This document shows, piece by piece, positions 9,692 through 19,654 of a stretch of DNA of 64,000 bases. The notes under the pieces were generated by a model. The model did no database searches and was not told the DNA's origin. It saw nothing but the letters and a program-made list of their open reading frames with translations. Positions within the stretch are counted from its first letter, which is position 1. Each line of letters begins with the position of its first letter. Location of the stretch: the IMG/VR virus record IMGVR_UViG_3300006734_000990. One strand, written 5' to 3'. This DNA comes from a virus. Taxonomy: Duplodnaviria > Heunggongvirae > Uroviricota > Caudoviricetes. The position numbers were made by a program, and so were the translations under genes.

Positions 9692-10881
9692 TGGGGTTCT
9701 CCGAGTTCGTTCGAGACATCTGCCGCTAATTTACGAGCTTCACGGTCCCGGTGGGTGATCATTTCGGGCATCTCGAAGATACCGGCGGCCATGATCGGAA
9801 GAGCATCTGCTTTATCCAGATCATAGAGCACCTCATCGCCTTCTTGCTCGAATGCCAAAAGAGTTTCAGGATCCAGCATGTAACGAAAGTTCGACCCGGC
9901 TGGCGCGAGGGCGCTGAAGGCGGAGCTGCTTTGAGCGAGAGTGTCGAGAAAAGCACCCGCTCCGGATTTTGAGAAGCCTCCTGCTTCCAGGACTTCCGCA
10001 AACCTGTCTCGCGGTCCGCAAAGGAACTGGCCTTCATCCACAAGACGCTTCAACCCGCGGACTTCGCCGCGGTAGGCGATAACGCCATCCGGGCCCGCCT
10101 CGACAGACACAGATTCATCTTGCCGCAGCATCATTTGTGAGATGCCAATTTCATTCAATGGAAGGAGGTTCATCAGCATACGACCGGCGATGCTGTCATA
10201 TTGGTCTCGCCGGTTTAGCTCAATATCCTTCATGGCCTTTGACCATGCCTGCCAAGCCTTGATGGAGGTGTCATAGTCGATTTCGTCGCAATGAAAGCTC
10301 ATCAAGCCGTAGATCTCAACCGGTTCCGGGCTGGGATCGCTATCCTTATAGGCGATATACCTTGGCGGCGGCTGAAGTGTGCTTCCGTCACGCGCGCAGA
10401 ATACTGCCTGAAGGCCGTCCATTTTGATATCGACGTGCTCACCGGTCACCCATGATTTGAGGCCTTGCCCGGTGTAGGGTCGCATGCCGCCACCCGAAAG
10501 AATATCCGGGAGGTTCTTAACGAGGGCTGCATCAATCGCGTCATAGTCGTCCTTGAAGACAACTCGAAAGAAATCCGGTACGTCACCGACAGCATTCGTG
10601 ACGAAGATATTCGCAAGGGTTCGACAATCCCAATCTTCACACTGGCCCCGCAGTGCGCGGTTCCACACAGTTTTGAAATGGGTGTCATGCCCCAGGTCAT
10701 CGATCTCCTGGATCTGGCCTTGCGCGCCCAGCTCCTTAAAGAGGGGCTCGATAACCTCTTTTTGAATGGCTCGGTCATAGACCTCAAGATGGTTCATACA
10801 GCCGCGGACGTCCTTGCCTGGGCGGTTCTCTTTGAGGATCTGCAGAAGCTTCTCTTCGATATCGGCTGCATTGGGGGTCAT
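9688..10881 (-). CDS. hypothetical protein with KxDG nucleotidyltransferase-like motif (candidate RNA/DNA ligase-like), 397 aa
   Basis: DIKMDGLQ resembles ligase motif I KxDG; co-operonic with 2H phosphoesterase; function tentative. Confidence 0.5.
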   Translation of the reverse strand: MTPNAADIEEKLLQILKENRPGKDVRGCMNHLEVYDRAIQKEVIEPLFKELGAQGQIQEIDDLGHDTHFKTVWNRALRGQCEDWDCRTLANIFVTNAVGDVPDFFRVVFKDDYDAIDAALVKNLPDILSGGGMRPYTGQGLKSWVTGEHVDIKMDGLQAVFCARDGSTLQPPPRYIAYKDSDPSPEPVEIYGLMSFHCDEIDYDTSIKAWQAWSKAMKDIELNRRDQYDSIAGRMLMNLLPLNEIGISQMMLRQDESVSVEAGPDGVIAYRGEVRGLKRLVDEGQFLCGPRDRFAEVLEAGGFSKSGAGAFLDTLAQSSSAFSALAPAGSNFRYMLDPETLLAFEQEGDEVLYDLDKADALPIMAAGIFEMPEMITHRDREARKLAADVSNELGEPQ

Positions 10882-10917
10882 GTCATCTCCGGCAAAAGTT
10901 CAGGCGTATCGAGAAAG

Positions 10918-11136
10918 TTAAGGCGTACCAGCGAAAGTGCCGCCTGTGTTCTTGGGATCGTCTTTGCCTTCCGGTGCTGGCTCACAGCGCCGATGGTCAT
11001 ATTTTCCGCGCCAACCATTGCACATCCAGCATTTAGAAAAGCTCAGCGGGGAGCCAGACTTCAAAAAGAAGCCCGATCCGCGACAAGCGCCGCATCGCTC
11101 TGTCACCATGCGTCCATCCGGGTAAACTAAGGGCAT
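10918..11136 (-). CDS. small Cys-rich (CxxC ... CxxC) zinc-ribbon-like protein
   Basis: CGACRGSG ... CWMCNGW; short ORF, weak. Confidence 0.3.
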   Translation of the reverse strand: MPLVYPDGRMVTERCGACRGSGFFLKSGSPLSFSKCWMCNGWRGKYDHRRCEPAPEGKDDPKNTGGTFAGTP

Positions 11137-11174
11137 TCTACTTCCAGTAATTCAGAGGTTCTGGTGAGATCGAG

Positions 11175-11804
11175 TTAATCTGCAGCGCCATATACAGCCC
11201 GGCAAACTGCTTCGCATTTGTCCAGATCGAGATAGTCGTTCTCGTCCCGCACACCTGTCTCCATATCGATCCAGTAGTTGCGAGCTTTGATGCGGCTGCA
11301 GGCATCGGCGACATTCAACGGGTTCAACCCGCCCGCATATCCGACGAGGTTATCATCAGGAGCTTCAGGGTAGGCGTCCGGGCATGTGCCGCGCCCACCG
11401 CTTTGATCGAAAAGGAACTGCAGCCAGGAACCCGCCTCTCGCTTAGGAAAGGCATCACGGACCTGAACAATTACCGGCGTGAGTGTTTGCGCTGCGATAT
11501 TCCCAAGCACCTTCAGGTCGTACTCATGGGAAAGGAGATTTACCTGCAGGCGATTATGGCCGTAGGCTTCGCTGGGGAAAACGCCACTGTTGGCATAATT
11601 CGCAAAATCCTTGCAGCTATGTAGAGCCGTGCGGAGTTGCTTTCCCGCATCCTGGATTACGGCGGTATCGGGGTACCGGTTTTTACCAAGCTTGCCGCCG
11701 ATAAGGCACCCCCATTCGACGGGCCAACGCATTGAGATCTCGCGGCATCGCTTGAGATCGGTGCGGGCGTCAATTCCAGTGAATGTGATGAACTGTGGGG
11801 GCAT
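11175..11804 (-). CDS. phosphoribosylanthranilate isomerase (TrpF)-like TIM-barrel protein
   Basis: C-terminal DQSGGRG ... YAGGLNPLNVADA ... IDMETGVRDE parallels TrpF D.GQGGSG ... LAGGL..NV.EA ... LD.NSAVE. Confidence 0.45.
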   Translation of the reverse strand: MPPQFITFTGIDARTDLKRCREISMRWPVEWGCLIGGKLGKNRYPDTAVIQDAGKQLRTALHSCKDFANYANSGVFPSEAYGHNRLQVNLLSHEYDLKVLGNIAAQTLTPVIVQVRDAFPKREAGSWLQFLFDQSGGRGTCPDAYPEAPDDNLVGYAGGLNPLNVADACSRIKARNYWIDMETGVRDENDYLDLDKCEAVCRAVYGAAD

Positions 11805-11888
11805 GACGATGTGATCCGTTCTTAAAAGTGTTTTGCCGCAAAGCGGGCGCCTGGATTGGTCTCACCCATTAATTATGCGCATCTCTAC

Positions 11889-11926
11889 TTTTCGCAATGG
11901 TAAAAAGCCCCTATCTAAGGGGGTGA
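11889..11926 (+). promoter_or_regulatory. TTTTCGCAATG box followed by 9-codon uORF (MVKSPYLRG*) about 50 nt upstream of gene 11974
   Basis: Direct reading. Confidence 0.4.
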
Positions 11927-11973
11927 GGCAAAGCCGCATCAACCACGCTGCTGGCAATTAACAAGGAGTAGAC

Positions 11974-12885
11974 ATGGCAAATGATCGATATCTGGTAGCA
12001 CGTGGTGGACGCGCGAAAGAGGTTATGGAGAAGTGGCGTCAGGACTACCTATCGTCTCATAGACGTCTTGTCGGCTACATGGATGAGATCGGCGCCATCG
12101 GCTGCTTCCTGGAGACGTTCGAAAAGCCCTATGCCTTCAAGTTCCCCGGCGATGTGGCCCCGGAGGGTTGGACCAAGCCCGGCGTGCAGGGCGCGAGCCG
12201 TCCAAAGAAGACCAATAAGGCAGATAGTCAGCGGCTGGAAAATCTCTCTTGGTGTGAACCGCTTGAGATCATCGTGCCGCGCGAGTTGGGCTTGCCGGAT
12301 ATGATCAATGTAAACCGCGCGGGCGGGCAGGGGGCTGGCGAGAATTACTATGTCTTGCGGAGCGGCAATCATAAGGCCTTCACGGCACTCTGGACAGAGA
12401 ATGCCGATGGAACCCTTGGCGACATGATCCTCGTCACCCCGGATTATGCCCGTCGCAAGGTGGAGTTTGAACGCCAGAGCGATGTCATCGTCACCTGGCG
12501 GCCGGAAGGGACTGACCCGGGTATCGAGCTTGGTTTTGAAGAAGTCTCGAAAGCCGAGGTCGATCTGATATTTTCTCGGGTAAAGGCTGCTCGAAATGAC
12601 GTCGAGAATGACCCATATCGTCGGAGCGACCTGGTAGAGGTCTATGGTTTCCGCGCAGATGATCGTGGCACATTCGAGACCGAGGCACCGGTAAAGCTCA
12701 AAGAGCGCGCCGCACCGCTCCTTGCGGCTGGTCATGGTTTCGTTTTGTGGGACCCTGAAGATGATGAGGAGGGCCTGCTACTCAGCGGAGACAGCGAGGA
12801 GGAGCTCCGCGCCCAGTTCGAGGCCCATGCCCAGGTACACTTCGATCCACCGAAGCCCGCAGAGGCATCGGCGCCGGGCTTCTGA
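11974..12885 (+). CDS. hypothetical protein, family A (paralog of 14861-15508)
   Basis: N-terminal 120 aa alignable with 14861 product (RYLVARGGRAKEVMEKWRQDY / IYLIAEAGRPKQVLEQWREDL; FKFPGDVAPEGWTKPG / FKFPRNQQPEGWTKPG). Confidence 0.6.
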   Translation: MANDRYLVARGGRAKEVMEKWRQDYLSSHRRLVGYMDEIGAIGCFLETFEKPYAFKFPGDVAPEGWTKPGVQGASRPKKTNKADSQRLENLSWCEPLEIIVPRELGLPDMINVNRAGGQGAGENYYVLRSGNHKAFTALWTENADGTLGDMILVTPDYARRKVEFERQSDVIVTWRPEGTDPGIELGFEEVSKAEVDLIFSRVKAARNDVENDPYRRSDLVEVYGFRADDRGTFETEAPVKLKERAAPLLAAGHGFVLWDPEDDEEGLLLSGDSEEELRAQFEAHAQVHFDPPKPAEASAPGF

Positions 12886-13370
12886 TGTCCGTGAGCTCCA
12901 AACCCAGCCCTTATCTGGAACGCATTGCGCGTGGCTCGGAGGTCGAGGACACCGCAGCTGTGCCGAACCTGGCGGAGTTCATCGATCCTCAACTCTTTTA
13001 TCCTCCTGAGGAGCCCTACGTCGTGGAGGCGATGCTGCCGATCGCGGCGCTCTATGGTCCCGAGGACATGGATGAAGCTTATCTTGTCTCCGCTGGATGC
13101 TCTCTCGAAGAGGAAAGGGCGCGTTTTGAGGGTATCCGGCAGTGGATGCTGGAGATCGGCCCAGAGGCGGCGCTCCGCATCGCTCCGATCATTGCTGTGG
13201 TCGATGATGGTCCAACCTTGGTGTCGGCGGATGGCTGGCACAGGTGCCTTGTAGCTCAGCGTGATTTCGGTCTCGAGGAGGTTCCGGCCGTTATCGTCTG
13301 CCCGGGCAATACGATCAACCAGGTCTGGCATCTGTTTCCTGAGCGATCGATGGAACCCGAACCAGTATAA
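12885..13370 (+). CDS. ParB N-terminal (ParB/sulfiredoxin) nuclease-domain protein
   Basis: TGATG stop/start overlap with upstream gene; DGWHRCLVAQRDFGLEEVPAVIV resembles ParB GxxR box and following helix. Confidence 0.5.
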   Translation: MSVSSKPSPYLERIARGSEVEDTAAVPNLAEFIDPQLFYPPEEPYVVEAMLPIAALYGPEDMDEAYLVSAGCSLEEERARFEGIRQWMLEIGPEAALRIAPIIAVVDDGPTLVSADGWHRCLVAQRDFGLEEVPAVIVCPGNTINQVWHLFPERSMEPEPV

Positions 13371-13513
13371 AGCGCCGCTGACCTGTGACCGTTGGTCCTT
13401 ATCAGCTCTCTCAGAGTATCTTTTATCTTATCCGGGTTTCAAAGCTTTTCATTTTCAGACATGCGACACAATTATAGGAGTACAGAATTCGCAACAGGCA
13501 CCAGGAGATCCGT

Positions 13514-13964
13514 GATGACAGGCGCCATCCCCAATCAGGACAACGTGACAAAGATTGTCGACGAACATGCCCTGGACGGCGATACGCCCCAGGCGCTCTT
13601 CAAGCAGGTCCATAGCTGCCTTGTCGAACTTGACCGGGATGTGCTGATCAACTTCGACTCCGGTTATCACGGCGTTGCAGTCAACGCGACGTTCCAAGGT
13701 GAGGCCGCGGATCTTCCACGGCCCTTGTTTGATGCACTCCACAAGCTCACCCCGCCGCTGCTTGCCTGCGAAATCGAAGACTGGCATGATCAAAAACAGA
13801 CCTCGGGCCGGTTGATGATCGGTCGCAATGATGGGGTATTTCTCGACTGCGAAGACATTGATGGTGAATGGGATTACCAGCGCTTTGTTGATCTCGATGC
13901 ATTGGTCGACATTCAGTTCCCAGAGCCTAAAGCCGACGCCGAGCCATTGCTGGTTCCAGAATAA
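13514..13964 (+). CDS. hypothetical acidic protein (150 aa)
   Basis: GGAG before ATG 13514; coding bias. Confidence 0.45.
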
Positions 13965-14020
13965 TTCAATCACACACCCAGGGATCGAATGCCTGGCATC
14001 TATACCGATAAGGACACAGA

Positions 14021-14824
14021 ATGGATTTTCGCAAGGTCATCTCACCCAAATCTCAGGCAGCTTCCGCGCGCCGGCGTGCGGCTGTCATGGCATTTCAAAA
14101 CGACACGCCTGAAGGGCAGGCGGCGACGCTACTGACTGCTGTACGCACCCTGCGCGAGAGCGGCGCCTTCTCCGACGATCCACGCTACAGCTACGACGAA
14201 TGGGCCCTCTATCGGGTCGTGCCCGAGCTGGCCATGAAACTTGATCCCAACATTGAACTGCAGGATGTCGAGAACCCGGATGAGGAAGAGCGCGTAGATC
14301 AGGTTACCTGGCTGCGCGGTGCGCCGGCAGAACGTCTTGAAAGCTCTGTGAAATCCATCATGGCAAACGCGTCTTTTTCACGGATCCGAGAAAGTGGTGA
14401 CGATTTGAACGATCTCGCGGACGCCACGTTCGGGTATAACACCTGCTACTTTTCGGTCGCTGCGGACACGGTCTTTCCGGGCAGCGCACCGTCGCGCGAA
14501 GATCTCGATACCCGTGATCCTCTGCCGGGCCAATTTGTGCTCTGCTGCCATAAGAGCGGCTATGAGCGGGTCATGAGCTACAGCGAAGACGCTGCTGAGA
14601 TCGACAAGGTCTACGACGCCCTTGTGCGCGTCACCTCTGGTGAAGAGCTTCGCGACGAGGATGCCTGGGTGCGGGAAAAGCTTTCCTGGTACCCGATGCT
14701 GAAGCAGGACGGGAAGAACGGCCGTGAGGGTCTGTTGTCAATCGAGATCCAGGATGCCTCTGGAGAAGTGCTGCGCCAGCACTCCCTTGAGCGTGAAGTT
14801 GATGAGACACCTGAGATGGCCTAA
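14021..14824 (+). CDS. hypothetical protein (267 aa)
   Basis: Long ORF, coding bias. Confidence 0.5.
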   Translation: MDFRKVISPKSQAASARRRAAVMAFQNDTPEGQAATLLTAVRTLRESGAFSDDPRYSYDEWALYRVVPELAMKLDPNIELQDVENPDEEERVDQVTWLRGAPAERLESSVKSIMANASFSRIRESGDDLNDLADATFGYNTCYFSVAADTVFPGSAPSREDLDTRDPLPGQFVLCCHKSGYERVMSYSEDAAEIDKVYDALVRVTSGEELRDEDAWVREKLSWYPMLKQDGKNGREGLLSIEIQDASGEVLRQHSLEREVDETPEMA

Positions 14825-14860
14825 TGCCGCTCCCCCCAAATTCAGACAAGGACCACTACA

Positions 14861-15508
14861 ATGGCTAAACAAATTTACCTCATCGCCGAAGCCGGCCGCC
14901 CCAAGCAGGTTCTTGAGCAATGGCGCGAGGACCTGTTCGATGCCGAGGCACGACTGAAGGACTATATGGAGGAAATTGGCGCGGAGGGTGCTTTCCGACT
15001 GCAGTTCGAGAAGCCGGGAGCCTTCAAGTTTCCGCGCAACCAGCAACCGGAGGGTTGGACCAAGCCCGGGCGCAATGGGGCATCACAGCCCAAGAAGCGC
15101 AACCGCGAGGTCTTGGAAAAGCTCGAAGCGCTTGAATGGTGCAATTCATTGACGAACGTCGTGTGTAATGAAATCGGTCTACCCCATTCCATGAGTGGTG
15201 AGACTGAGGCTTGGGGGCGGTTCAGTCGGGGTCTCAGCCGCGGCGCGATCAACCCGTTCTCCGTATGCTGGACGGCATATCCAGGAGGCCGCCTTAGCGA
15301 TGTTATTTTGATTGCGCCTGATGCTCATGAGGCAGCAGAGAACAGCGGTATGGATCCCGAAAGCCTGGCCTGGCTACCTGAAGGCACCTCGCCGTCACTC
15401 CCTGATGGCATGCGGGAGATGACCGAGGGTGAAGTCGACCTGTTGTTTGCTGAAGCCAAGGTGGCGCGTGAGGCAGCTAAAGTAGAAGAAGACTGTCCGG
15501 CGCCCTGA
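14861..15508 (+). CDS. hypothetical protein, family A paralog (215 aa)
   Basis: See 11974-12885. Confidence 0.6.
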   Translation: MAKQIYLIAEAGRPKQVLEQWREDLFDAEARLKDYMEEIGAEGAFRLQFEKPGAFKFPRNQQPEGWTKPGRNGASQPKKRNREVLEKLEALEWCNSLTNVVCNEIGLPHSMSGETEAWGRFSRGLSRGAINPFSVCWTAYPGGRLSDVILIAPDAHEAAENSGMDPESLAWLPEGTSPSLPDGMREMTEGEVDLLFAEAKVAREAAKVEEDCPAP

Positions 15509-15594
15509 TCTGCGTCGCTCAGCAGTCATAGGCGGCGTCTGACGCCCAAAAGCCCCGGACTCAGACGGGACCAACAATCTAGGAAGTGATCGAC

Positions 15595-16077
15595 ATGACT
15601 GAAACCACAGACGCTGCCAGCCGTCTCGCAGAGATCTTCACGCGTTTTAGCGATCACCCATCTGCTCGCGGCGCAACAGAGGCTGAAATCGAAGATATCA
15701 AAGAAACCTTCGCTGAATTGGAGTTTCCGCTCCCGGCAGATCTTCTCGATGTTTACAGGACAACCCTCGCAATAGCCGGTGTGCTCAATCATCATCCGGT
15801 GCTTGCAGCGCCATGTATATTCGGCGGTCCACCAATCGGACAGGTAACGTTCTTGATGAATCAGGACGAGGATGCCGACGAAGAAGGTGTCTTATGGCTC
15901 GGAACGGGAAACAGGAGTGACCTGATCATTGACCGCAATGGCCGATGCGGTACCGTCCCTGAGTTCCAGGAGGACGGTACTGTGCGGTTAAAAGATCCGA
16001 CCGATTTCGAGACTGCATTCATCGCATACGTCCTAAGTCAGGAAGCTGAGCTTCTTGCTGAATTCGGAGACGTTTGA
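15595..16077 (+). CDS. hypothetical acidic protein
   Basis: AGGAAG 8 nt before ATG 15595. Confidence 0.45.
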   Translation: MTETTDAASRLAEIFTRFSDHPSARGATEAEIEDIKETFAELEFPLPADLLDVYRTTLAIAGVLNHHPVLAAPCIFGGPPIGQVTFLMNQDEDADEEGVLWLGTGNRSDLIIDRNGRCGTVPEFQEDGTVRLKDPTDFETAFIAYVLSQEAELLAEFGDV

Positions 16078-16155
16078 TTTTTTTAATGCCATGCTGTCAT
16101 AGTTACCTCAGTCGCGCGACATCCATATCAAGCAAGATTGGCAAAAGGATACGAG

Positions 16156-16845
16156 ATGAACGAGACAGCTGCATTCTCCCGCGACACAGGCCCTGGCGCA
16201 CCAGGCAAAGATAACACCCACATTCCAGGCCGCAGCTACACGACCCATCAGGTCGAAGACACCGGCTGCGCGCTCTGCCGGACAGAGGTCGGGTATTGGG
16301 AGCATGACGGTACAAGCCTCTATGGAACAGAGGGTCAGCGCCGGCACTATGTGTGGACCTTGCCACCGCAAGAGATCCCGGCGAAATGTACCATCTGCGA
16401 CGAATGCCTCGAGCCCTTCATTGCCCGAGGTGATCTGGAGCTCTATCTTGATCGCGAAATGCTCGTCGAGGGTCTCAGCGATACTGCGATCAAGGTCCTG
16501 TTTGCAGAAGGCGCACGCTGGGTGATCAACAGCTTTGCTGAATTCCAACAAGCCCCCCTTCAGACCAGCGAATTCATTCTTCCGATCAGCGCGGCCGAGA
16601 TCGATCAGATCATGGGCTTTGCGCATATGAGCTTCGGGTTGGATGACATCATGTCGGCAGGGAAACACTACGCTCACGCGGCCCTGGCCTTTGGCAAGGT
16701 TCTTGGGGATCCCGCTTTTGAGGCCGCAGCGGAGCACTATGTGGATGTGTGGCTTCATCAGGTCGACCCTGACATCGATCCCGAGACCATGGCAGAAGAA
16801 GAGCTGCTGCGTCAAATGCTCGAAGCCTCTGGGCTGGAGCCCTAA
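16156..16845 (+). CDS. hypothetical acidic Cys-containing protein
   Basis: AAGGA before ATG 16156; GC3-rich in this frame whereas antisense ORF 16108-16815 is not. Confidence 0.5.
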   Translation: MNETAAFSRDTGPGAPGKDNTHIPGRSYTTHQVEDTGCALCRTEVGYWEHDGTSLYGTEGQRRHYVWTLPPQEIPAKCTICDECLEPFIARGDLELYLDREMLVEGLSDTAIKVLFAEGARWVINSFAEFQQAPLQTSEFILPISAAEIDQIMGFAHMSFGLDDIMSAGKHYAHAALAFGKVLGDPAFEAAAEHYVDVWLHQVDPDIDPETMAEEELLRQMLEASGLEP

Positions 16846-16895
16846 TCCGTAAGGGTAGCGGGTGGCCGCAGCACTGAGTGCCGCGGCTTAGATCC

Positions 16896-17387
16896 TCAGA
16901 TGGCCATCGCGAGGCCAACTTCATCAGCTTCATGAAAGACAGCTGGTTGAATGAAATCCGCATCAACCAGCTCGAGGGGCCCGCTCGCAATCTCGACATG
17001 AATGTCGTTCATCGGATCAAAGGAGCCGTCGAGCTCAAGCGGGCGACCGACTTCACGCAGATCGTAGATGAGCGGCATGCCATCATCATAGGAGCTGGAG
17101 CCTGTGGTTGTGCCCACTGCAAAGATATCATCATTGATCTGGCTGATCAGTGCTTCCCCGGCGTTATCGCCGCGGCGCAAAAGGGCAATCGTGCGGGCTT
17201 TCTCCAGGCTATCGGTGATCAGAATTTCACGGCTGCGATTACTCGCGCCAAGGACGCCCCGAACCAAACCATGGTAATCATCCTCACTGCGGACCACTTG
17301 CCCGCCATCATCCCCGGCACCTGCAGCACGCAGATAGGCGATTGCATCACCTTGGTTCGTGTTTCTAAAACGTAATTCTACCTTCAT
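16896..17387 (-). CDS. hypothetical protein (164 aa)
   Basis: AAGGGA SD before ATG at 17387; upstream in-frame extension is AT3-rich and probably non-coding. Confidence 0.45.
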   Translation of the reverse strand: MKVELRFRNTNQGDAIAYLRAAGAGDDGGQVVRSEDDYHGLVRGVLGASNRSREILITDSLEKARTIALLRRGDNAGEALISQINDDIFAVGTTTGSSSYDDGMPLIYDLREVGRPLELDGSFDPMNDIHVEIASGPLELVDADFIQPAVFHEADEVGLAMAI

Positions 17388-17585
17388 GGGTTTTCCCTTC
17401 TCTTGTTTTGGGGACATTAGGCCGGTGGTGTGAAAAAAACTAAGCCAAACCATGCAGATACATTGTGCGGTTGATTGACATTGCGGCGCAAGCAAAACAG
17501 GATCTATACCAGAAGTTGCATAGCGGAATCTTGATGTTCTGTACTTTTCGCGGCCATCTTGGATAAACAATAACAGGTTCTCTAC

Positions 17586-18890
17586 GTGCATTCAGAAGCT
17601 CTTACAAAATCGCGAAAGCGTTCTTTCAATGACCTACAGTCCTTTTGGCGGCTCCCCGTCATCCTGATCATCTTTTTGGTATTGGCTCTTGGCACAACCT
17701 GGCTCAGCCACGTTTTTGGCGAAAACTTCTTGCAGGGGGATAAGTTCACCGGAGATGGCGCCAGCTGGGGAAGTGCCTCCGACTGGTTCTCAGGTGTCGT
17801 CGGGGTTTCGATTGGTCTCGCCGGCTCTTCAATTGCGATCTGGTTGGCATACCGCGTTGAAAAGCTCACCATTGCTCAGAACCAGATGGCCAATGTCCAA
17901 GCCTGGCGGGAAACCTACATTGATTCAGGTGACATCGCGGCGCGCGCCGAGCTGGCCTCCCGCGCCTATGCTCTGATTCAGTCGATCTACACCAGCATGC
18001 TGGAAATCGAATTGATCGATAAGGCGCTTGATAAGTCATTGGAGGGGCTTGAAGAGAAAAAGACCGTAGAGGATGTTGATGTCAGCCAAGAGCTCAAGGA
18101 GGTCAAATCGGCATCCCATCTGGAAGCAAAGGCACATGGAGACAGCATTTTTGAAGCTGTTACCGAGATGGCCGAGATGCTCCCAAAGCTACGCCGCAAA
18201 GATGCTGGCATTGAGGATATTCTGGGATTGTCCTCTCAGAAGGTTCTTGATTTCGCCAAAGCGTGCATGCCAGCGGGAGCCTGGGGAACAGTCCATAAGC
18301 ATCGCTTGGCGGAGCGGGTCCTCAGCAAAAATTCGACCAAGATCCATATCTCTGACGCCGTAAAACTCTTGCTGTTCTACACCAAGGATACCCCGGTCAA
18401 ACTGGGGCAAGCTGCGTTCCGCTCCACTGATAATCGTCCTGAAGATTTCGGCGAGTTTTTCTGGGAGAACGGGGCAACAAGTGCAGGCAACGCATTGAAG
18501 GCTATTGATCGATATCTGCCCAGAGCCTTGCACGTGAACGAGGACACGGTGAACGAGGTTTACTGGGTAGAGGCTCTTTGCGACTTTGTCATGAATGAAG
18601 CCAATCCCTATCGATACGCCCATGATGCGATCGAAAGAGACCTGCACATCGGGGATGTAAATGCTCAGCAGGAGCAACGCCTCGCATTGCTGTCCCACCT
18701 TACGATCAACAGAATTCTTCCTTCGACGCCCTATATTCGAGAGGTGTTCCCAGAGGAGGGGTATTCAGATCGGGCGATCCTCGAAGTTATTTCGGCGCCG
18801 GTGAAACGACCGAAGGTTCATAACAAATTTGAGGCCGGAAAGCGGGCTTTGGCGAAAGCACGCAAGGCCAAGGCCGCACAAACCGAATAG
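17586..18890 (+). CDS. membrane-anchored hypothetical protein (434 aa, GTG start)
   Basis: N-terminal TM helices; long ORF. Confidence 0.5.
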   Translation: MHSEALTKSRKRSFNDLQSFWRLPVILIIFLVLALGTTWLSHVFGENFLQGDKFTGDGASWGSASDWFSGVVGVSIGLAGSSIAIWLAYRVEKLTIAQNQMANVQAWRETYIDSGDIAARAELASRAYALIQSIYTSMLEIELIDKALDKSLEGLEEKKTVEDVDVSQELKEVKSASHLEAKAHGDSIFEAVTEMAEMLPKLRRKDAGIEDILGLSSQKVLDFAKACMPAGAWGTVHKHRLAERVLSKNSTKIHISDAVKLLLFYTKDTPVKLGQAAFRSTDNRPEDFGEFFWENGATSAGNALKAIDRYLPRALHVNEDTVNEVYWVEALCDFVMNEANPYRYAHDAIERDLHIGDVNAQQEQRLALLSHLTINRILPSTPYIREVFPEEGYSDRAILEVISAPVKRPKVHNKFEAGKRALAKARKAKAAQTE

Positions 18891-18925
18891 AGCGGACTGT
18901 TCCATAAAGTATGACGAGGGTCCCG

Positions 18926-18957
18926 GCATCACTGCCGGGACCTTATTCGTTATGCCG
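18926..18957. terminator. bidirectional hairpin GGTCCCGGC-ATCACT-GCCGGGACC with T-rich flank, between convergent genes
   Basis: 9-bp perfect stem; TTATTCGTT after it. Confidence 0.55.
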
Positions 18958-19369
18958 GGCTGTCGTCGAGGCCATCATCCTCGAGATCGGCCTGCGCATT
19001 ATGCCATTCGACCATATCAAGGCTGGGATACTGTGCGATGGCCGCAAGATATGATCCTTCCTGCGGCACCATATCAGGTCCGCTGCGCTCCAAGACCATG
19101 GACCGCTCCCAGCCATCTCCATCATAGACCCCGCGTAGATAACAATTGGCCTCTTCGGGGGTATTGAAATCCATCACCTTGATCTCGCCGAAGGCGTCAT
19201 CAGAGATGCGCTCGTTACTTTCGATCGCAGAAGTGAACTCTAGCCCGAAGACCATAGCGATCTGACAGTTCTGCGCGCCTGCCGGAGCAGCCGTGGCGGC
19301 GACAGGCACCTTGCCTTCGCTGGCTTTGATCGTCGCCATCAGGGCCGCCTGGTTCTCAAAGCCCAGCAC
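18950..19369 (-). CDS. hypothetical acidic protein (139 aa)
   Basis: ORF with coding bias. Confidence 0.4.
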   Translation of the reverse strand: MLGFENQAALMATIKASEGKVPVAATAAPAGAQNCQIAMVFGLEFTSAIESNERISDDAFGEIKVMDFNTPEEANCYLRGVYDGDGWERSMVLERSGPDMVPQEGSYLAAIAQYPSLDMVEWHNAQADLEDDGLDDSPA

Positions 19370-19654
19370 TTCTGCGATCAGATCAATGCGCTGAAGATGG
19401 GAAAGCTTGGCGTTGTCGGCATTGCCGATAAGCTTGGACAGGGCAGTGATGTGCGAACGTTTTACGTCGATATCTATAATGATGCTCCTAAGCGATCAAC
19501 ATCTCGAGTTGGCCCCGTTACCCGCAGTGATCGCTGGATGATCATTGTGGCAGTTTATGCATGGAGCGGTTTGGCGTATTGGGGCCGCCGGGTTCGCTCC
19601 GACCATGTATTGGAGGTATTGCGCATACGGTTAGTTGTCAATATTTTCGCAGCG

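Noticed and set aside
12049-12735. 228-aa minus-strand ORF
   Set aside because: Antisense shadow of family-A gene 11974-12885.
16108-16815. 235-aa minus-strand ORF
   Set aside because: Antisense to 16156-16845; only the plus frame shows strong G/C third-position bias and an SD.
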